DNA of 64,000 nucleotides. Origin: a bacterium (GTDB lineage Bacteria > RBG-13-61-14 > DATKZS01). The position numbers and the translations under genes were made by a program. Where the stretch lies: assembly GCA_035527835.1 (NCBI GenBank), contig DATKZS010000116.1, positions 19,984-83,983 of the forward strand, in the 5' to 3' direction. A model generated the notes under the pieces. The model ran no database searches and had not been told where the DNA came from. It saw only the letters and a program-made list of their open reading frames with translations. Numbering within the stretch: position 1 is the stretch's first letter; every line of letters starts with the position of its first letter. Shown here in pieces: positions 60,386 to 64,000 of this stretch.

Positions 60386-62025
60386 TTCCGTTCCTTCTTT
60401 CTCGTGCCCAGGCTCTCGAGCGATCCCTTGTGCGTCTTGGTGTACTCGTCCCAGAAGGCGCAACGCGCCACGTTGGGGGCCGGTTCCGTGCGCACCGTGG
60501 CATCGAAGACCTGGACCATCCGCGTGTCCGGATTGAACGCGGGCCACTGGGGCAGGCCCTGGCCGTTGGGATCGCCGGTCTTGGCGAAGTTGAGCCAATA
60601 GCCCCGGATGACGCGGCCGAGCGCGCGGGCCGGGGCGATGTTCTGGTCGTTGTAAAAGAGGCTCATGGGCAGGCGGTCGAAGGAGTCGAAGATGAAGGGG
60701 ATCTCCATGGCGTGCGCCGCGCCCATGTACTTGCCGAATCTGAAGTCGTCGTAATCGAAGCGGTAGTAATAGGTGTCCTGCTGCTGCCGGGCCGCGGCCA
60801 GCAGGCCCTCGTAAGTGGGGCAGGCCAGGCTGGCGTCCGCGCCCAACATGCGGCCGTAGGCCTCCACCGGACGGTTGCCGTAATCGCCGAGCGGATAGAG
60901 CGCCGTGAGCTTCGCGGCGTCTTCCGGCGCGATGCCGATGACATCAATCAGGGTCTTCTCGTAGTCTGAGGGCTTGGCGTTTTTTAAGTCGCGCTTGAGC
61001 TTCATGGCCTTGCCGAACTCGTCGCGGTTGGACCCGGCCATGAACGACACGCGGTTGTAATCGCCGGCCCGGATCATGGCGAGCGACGTCGCGGTGAGCA
61101 GCCAGCCGTCGTGATGCGGCATGAACCCCATGCCGGACGTGAGTCCCGACGCGCCCTTGTCCTCGACCTGCTTGGCGGACAGCCGGCGCAGGCAGGCCAG
61201 GTCGTCGGGCCGGCAGCCGAGGTTCGCGGCGATGGAGTCGCCCTGCGCGTAGCCGGGTTCGAGGTCCGCGCTCACGTCGCAGCCGCCGCTCTCCAGGATG
61301 GCGCGCTGAAACAGGCCTTTCGCGAGCGGCGTCGCGATCATGGTGCAGATGGAAAAGCCCCCGGCCGATTCGCCGAAGATGGTGACGTTTTCCGGGTCGC
61401 CGCCGAAGGCCGCGATGTTGGCGTGGACCCATTGAAGAGCCGCGACCTGGTCGAGCGAGCCGTACGAGCCCACCGACCCGTTCTTGTCCTCCGCCCGGAG
61501 CGCGGCGAGCGCCAGGAACCCGAAAACGTTGAGCCGGTAATTGGTGGTAACCACCACCACGTCTCCGGCCTGCGCCAGACGGTCACCCCAGTACATCGGA
61601 GTAAACGCCGCGCCGCCCACGTAGCCCCCGCCGTGGATCCACACCATCACCGGGAACGTCCCGCTCTTCCTCGGACGCCACACGTTAAGGTACAGGCAGT
61701 CCTCGGACATGCCCTCCTTCCCGGCCAGGCCCTCCAGCGCCATCACGCCCTTCTGCAGGCACCGGTCGCTGAACGCGAGCGCGTCGCGCACCCCGGACCA
61801 CGGCGCCGGCGGCTCGGGCGCCTTCCACCGCAGCTCGCCCACCGGCGGCGCCGCGAACGGGATCCCCTTCCACACGCACGTCTCCGTCCCCGTCTCCGCC
61901 GCGCCCCGCACCATCCCCGCGCCCGTCCGCACCGGCTCCGTGCAAACATCCTCCGTTCCCGCGCGCCCCGCGCCGATCAGAATCACAGCGCAGCAGATAA
62001 TAAAAATAGCCCTTACCTTTTTCAT
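60382..62025 (-). CDS. Exported type-B carboxylesterase (paralog 2)
   Basis: SEDCLYLNVW, HGGG, GESAGG, NRDE, GAAHAMEI; signal peptide. Confidence 0.92.
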   Translation of the reverse strand: MKKVRAIFIICCAVILIGAGRAGTEDVCTEPVRTGAGMVRGAAETGTETCVWKGIPFAAPPVGELRWKAPEPPAPWSGVRDALAFSDRCLQKGVMALEGLAGKEGMSEDCLYLNVWRPRKSGTFPVMVWIHGGGYVGGAAFTPMYWGDRLAQAGDVVVVTTNYRLNVFGFLALAALRAEDKNGSVGSYGSLDQVAALQWVHANIAAFGGDPENVTIFGESAGGFSICTMIATPLAKGLFQRAILESGGCDVSADLEPGYAQGDSIAANLGCRPDDLACLRRLSAKQVEDKGASGLTSGMGFMPHHDGWLLTATSLAMIRAGDYNRVSFMAGSNRDEFGKAMKLKRDLKNAKPSDYEKTLIDVIGIAPEDAAKLTALYPLGDYGNRPVEAYGRMLGADASLACPTYEGLLAAARQQQDTYYYRFDYDDFRFGKYMGAAHAMEIPFIFDSFDRLPMSLFYNDQNIAPARALGRVIRGYWLNFAKTGDPNGQGLPQWPAFNPDTRMVQVFDATVRTEPAPNVARCAFWDEYTKTHKGSLESLGTRKKERK

Positions 62026-62111
62026 TTCTTCACCTCATTATCTTGGCGGCCTTGGCGCCTTGGCGTTATTCTTTGTCCCGACAACGCAGACGCGGATAAA
62101 ACTTAGGCCAT

Positions 62112-63029
62112 TCAGGATTTATTATCAAGCACCTGGTCGAGGAAGTCGAGGATGGCGCGGAGGTAGGGGAAGTCGTCGCGGTTTTCGAGGTAGTTGAACT
62201 CGTGCCTGGCATCGGCGACGAAGAAGGCCTTGTTGTACACTCCCTTCTGGTCGAGGGCGTTATGGAGGAAGTCGGATTCGGGGAACACGGAGTCGGCGGT
62301 GCCGCACATGATGAAGAAGGGCGGGATGTCCTTGCGGTCAAGGTAGGACGCGGGCGAGGCCTTTTTGTATTCGAGGGGCTTTTGCTCGGGCGTGCCTCCC
62401 ATGAAGGCCACGACCATGGGCCGGGTGAGGATGAGGCCCCACAGTTTGGGGTCCTGGTTGGCGATCCAGTCCATGCGGTAGCCGCCGTACATGAGCACGC
62501 CGGCCTGGACCCGGGCGCTGTAGCGTCCGTCGCCGGCGTAGGTGGGCGTGAAATACGGGTCGTCCCAGGCCAGGGCCACCATGGCCGAGAGATGGCCTCC
62601 CGCCGAGTCTCCCATCACCGCCACGCGGGCGGGGTCGCCGTGGTAGAGCTCGGCCTTCTCCTTGGCGTAGATCACCGCGCCCATGGCGTCGTTGACCGCC
62701 GCCGGGAACCGGGCCTCCTGCGACAGCCGGTAGTTGGCGTTGAACACCACGTACCCGGACTGCGCCAGCAGGCGCATGCGGTGGCGGAACATGGACTTGT
62801 CACCCATGGACCAGCCCCCGCCGTGGAGGTAAACGATCATTGGGTATGAGCCGTCGGCCATGGGCCAGGCGACGTCGAGCTTGAGGCTGCCGGTCGAAGT
62901 ATCGGCATAGGTCACGTCAAAGATGGTGTCCACCTTCGGCACCACCACCACCTCGTCCCCGGCCCGCGCCGGAGAAAAAAACAGCAGCAACAATAAACCG
63001 GTTATAGCGGCGATCCTATCTTGCTTCAT
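62112..63029 (-). CDS. Exported alpha/beta hydrolase (HSL/BD-FAE-like esterase)
   Basis: LHGGGW, GDSAGGHL, GTADSV, RHEF; signal peptide from MKQDRIAA.. Confidence 0.9.
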   Translation of the reverse strand: MKQDRIAAITGLLLLLFFSPARAGDEVVVVPKVDTIFDVTYADTSTGSLKLDVAWPMADGSYPMIVYLHGGGWSMGDKSMFRHRMRLLAQSGYVVFNANYRLSQEARFPAAVNDAMGAVIYAKEKAELYHGDPARVAVMGDSAGGHLSAMVALAWDDPYFTPTYAGDGRYSARVQAGVLMYGGYRMDWIANQDPKLWGLILTRPMVVAFMGGTPEQKPLEYKKASPASYLDRKDIPPFFIMCGTADSVFPESDFLHNALDQKGVYNKAFFVADARHEFNYLENRDDFPYLRAILDFLDQVLDNKS

Positions 63030-63114
63030 CCACCGTTCCTTCACTCTCGTGGTCTTGATTGTACCGGCGCCTTGATGGGACCGCGGGAGCGGCCTGTTGC
63101 CGGCTGCTGGAAAT

Positions 63115-63993
63115 TCATGGAGGTCCGGGCGGGGCATGGAATTCCATGAGCTCCATGTCCACGTGCCCGAAATAGACGTCGCTTCTGGCCTTGAGGAAAG
63201 GCCGGGGCGGGTCCGCGGCCATCCACAGGGTAAAGGATGTCATGTCGGCCGTGCGCTTTTGGTCCTTCATCTTCTGCCGCTCAAAGTAGCGCTTGGTCTC
63301 GCGCGCCCGCTCGCCGGGCAGCTCGAAGATGCTGGGCTGAATTCGTATGGCCTTGAACGTCCCCGCCGGCACCGTGACCTCGCCCTCCTCTGCCGCTTCG
63401 ACCACCAGCAGGTAGCGCTCGTTCCCGTCAACGACCTCGAAGCTCCGCTGGTCGCCCGGCTTCCAGGGCAGGCTCCGGATCAGCATGGCCGCGCTCATCG
63501 GGCAGAAGGCGTTGGTGAACTCGAACGAGCGCTCCGTGGTCCGGGTCAGCCTCTTCTTCACCCGCTCGGCCGCGCCCTGCTCATGGTTGAACCGGACGTT
63601 CATGTCGTAATAGTCCAGCGACTCGCGGATCTGGATGTTGTAAACCTCCGGCTGGAGCGTCTCCGGCATCATGCACGAAGAGACCCAGTCCTGGGCCAGG
63701 TACAACAGCGCCGCGGCCCCCACCGTCTCCGCGTCGGCGCGCGCGCAGATCCGTCCCGCCTTTTTCGGGTCCTTGCTGATCTCGAACACCGCCCGCGCCG
63801 CGTCGATCCCGTTCCAACTGAACCGGTAAACGCTCTTCTCTCCGGGCCGCACCGTGGCCGGGTCGAACTGGTAGCTCTCGAACGTCACCGGCCCCTGCGG
63901 ATACGGCGCCGGGCCCAGCGCCAGAAGCAAGGAAGGCCCCACGGCGATAACGCCGCCAATGGCGAGCAAGGCATGGATGAGTTTGCGGCGCAT
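63115..63993 (-). CDS. DUF3108-domain protein
   Basis: GEKSVYRFSW.G, VTVPAGTFKAIRI, W..D..R..LK pattern; N-terminal hydrophobic segment. Confidence 0.75.
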   Translation of the reverse strand: MRRKLIHALLAIGGVIAVGPSLLLALGPAPYPQGPVTFESYQFDPATVRPGEKSVYRFSWNGIDAARAVFEISKDPKKAGRICARADAETVGAAALLYLAQDWVSSCMMPETLQPEVYNIQIRESLDYYDMNVRFNHEQGAAERVKKRLTRTTERSFEFTNAFCPMSAAMLIRSLPWKPGDQRSFEVVDGNERYLLVVEAAEEGEVTVPAGTFKAIRIQPSIFELPGERARETKRYFERQKMKDQKRTADMTSFTLWMAADPPRPFLKARSDVYFGHVDMELMEFHAPPGPP

Positions 63994-64000
63994 GGCTATA

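Overview
High-GC (roughly 65-70% by spot counts) bacterial chromosome segment with deltaproteobacterial-type gene content (inference). No rRNA, tRNA or CRISPR array seen. From left to right: (1) a minus-strand cell-envelope operon: beta-propeller, VIT/vWA protein, 2400-aa TPR protein, lipoprotein, MMPL transporter; (2) YdjM-like hydrolase, CpsB-type phosphatase, manC and an epimerase; (3) an aromatic-acid uptake/activation locus (paaK-ACT-paaK, DcaP-like porin, livKHMGF); (4) phosphoesterase, def, gyrB and an atypical galK; (5) a RiPP-like operon (HprK-related kinase, radical SAM/SPASM, TolB-like lipoprotein, membrane-anchored lasso-B2-like peptidase, sulfotransferase) with no cyclase, RRE or precursor visible; (6) GDPD, RidA, a solitary Com-like zinc finger and a metallophosphoesterase; (7) a RAYT/Y1 HUH transposase bounded by perfect 26-bp inverted repeats, plus a low-GC cargo gene whose junctions carry tandem amplifications, and a serine-recombinase remnant; (8) NtrY-like kinase, lipB, MCP, radical SAM, M20 peptidase; (9) a low-GC type IIG restriction-modification gene; (10) three exported esterases and a DUF3108 protein. 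Intergenic DNA is dense in REP families, 7-/9-mer tandem-repeat hairpins and nested MITE-like elements, one with its empty-site allele in the same window. Start codons were re-picked by eye where the ORF track over-extends. Family names come from motif recognition, not database searches.
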